Shown piece after piece: positions 63,251 through 64,000 of a stretch of 64,000 nucleotides of DNA (position 1 is its first letter; each line of letters begins with the position of its first letter). The notes below the pieces were generated by a model. The model searched no databases. It was not told the origin of the DNA and saw only the letters and a list, made by a program, of their open reading frames with translations. The DNA lies in assembly GCA_964653005.1 (NCBI GenBank), contig CAZZAN010000002.1, positions 213,975-277,974 on the forward strand, in the 5' to 3' direction. Position numbers and translations under genes: made by a program. This stretch comes from an uncultured Dehalococcoidia bacterium. Lineage in GTDB: Bacteria; Chloroflexota; Dehalococcoidia; UBA6926.

Positions 63251-64000
63251 ATGAACACTGCTGAGTTTCTGACAATCGCGAACCTGGTCTCGCCGGATAA
63301 AGAGGCCATCGTTTTCGAAGACAAGCGATACACCTACGGTGAACTGGATCAGCGCGTGAACCAGTTGGCGAACCGGCTGGCATCATGGGGTGTTACGCAG
63401 GGCGACCGCGTGGGCATCATGCAGGTCAACTGCAACGAGGTCATCGAGACCTACTTTGCCAGCGCCAAACTCGGCGCGATTTTCGTGCCGCTGAGCTTCC
63501 GTGGCCGCGCCGAAGAGATTCGACACATGGTCAACGCCTCCGAGTCCAAGGTAGTCATCGCAGGCTCGCGTTACCTGGGCATGGTGGATGAGCTTCGGCC
63601 CTCGCTGAACACAGTGGAGCACTATGTCTCGCTTGAGGGGACGGGTGACGGCTGGGAGCCGTATGAGGACGTCATCGCCGATCAGTCCACTGAGTTTGAC
63701 GTGGCCGTCGTTGATGACGAGGACACCACAATCCTGATGTTTACGGCAGGCACGACCGGCCTGCCCAAAGGCGTGATGCTCACGTTCGGCAGCGTCAGCA
63801 GCTATAGCCTGAACAACGTCTCGCAGCTTGATCCCGACGAGATTGAGAAGAACATTCTCACGGTACCGCTGTATCACGTGGCGGGAATGCAGGCCGTGAT
63901 CTCCGCGGTCTGGGGCTTCCGCACGCTGGTCATCCAGCGGCAGTTCGAGGCGGAGTCATGGATGAAGCTGGTGCAGGATGAGCAAGTCTCGCGCGCCATG
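63251..64000 (+). CDS. AMP-dependent acyl-CoA synthetase/ligase (3-prime end outside window)
   Basis: Open frame from ATG 63251 to the window end; absent from the ORF track. MNTAEFL...YTYGELDQRVNQLANRL...MFTAGTTGLPKGVM (AMP-binding motif I). Confidence 0.85.
   Translation, partial: MNTAEFLTIANLVSPDKEAIVFEDKRYTYGELDQRVNQLANRLASWGVTQGDRVGIMQVNCNEVIETYFASAKLGAIFVPLSFRGRAEEIRHMVNASESKVVIAGSRYLGMVDELRPSLNTVEHYVSLEGTGDGWEPYEDVIADQSTEFDVAVVDDEDTTILMFTAGTTGLPKGVMLTFGSVSSYSLNNVSQLDPDEIEKNILTVPLYHVAGMQAVISAVWGFRTLVIQRQFEAESWMKLVQDEQVSRAM

Noticed and set aside
63383-63877. 164-aa minus-strand ORF
   Set aside because: Antisense shadow of the open-ended acyl-CoA synthetase gene starting at 63251.

Overview
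GC-rich bacterial chromosomal window. The many family III CoA-transferases and crotonases, and the style of the intergenic hairpin repeats, recall Chloroflexota-type genomes, but that is only an impression. The window has two parts. (1) About 265-22955 is an accessory, defence-type island that ends at tRNA-Lys(UUU), with a large serine recombinase at that end. It carries an MmeI-like fused restriction/methylase. Next come an ABC/OLD-type ATPase overlapping a small PD-(D/E)xK-like ORF, and a HelD-like SF1 helicase. That helicase is divergently paired with two tandem DGQHR (DndB-like) paralogs and bracketed by two paralogous XRE regulators. Further along are two diverged copies of a ~0.75 kb mostly non-coding element, HNH and acyl-CoA dehydrogenase pseudogene scars, a J-domain membrane protein with a related partner, and a GmrSD-like DUF262/HNH enzyme. 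(2) 23083-64000 is densely packed housekeeping DNA. It includes lepB, dcd plus the ribD-E-BA-H operon, hup, yhhQ, gltA, an aquaporin and pdxA. It also has four tandem CoA-transferases in an A-B-A-B pattern, prfA-prmC, metK-thioesterase-ahcY, amtB-glnK, three tandem DUF4870 genes, several crotonases and a partial acyl-CoA synthetase. A modular family of short intergenic hairpin repeats is scattered through this part. The best candidate for an undescribed system is the helicase + 2x DGQHR + XRE module (6808-13168). Second is the ATPase + small nuclease-like pair next to the MmeI-like enzyme (1088-6564). Many long ORFs in the supplied track are antisense shadow ORFs of GC-rich genes and were not called. 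All calls rest on motif reading by eye; no database search was possible.
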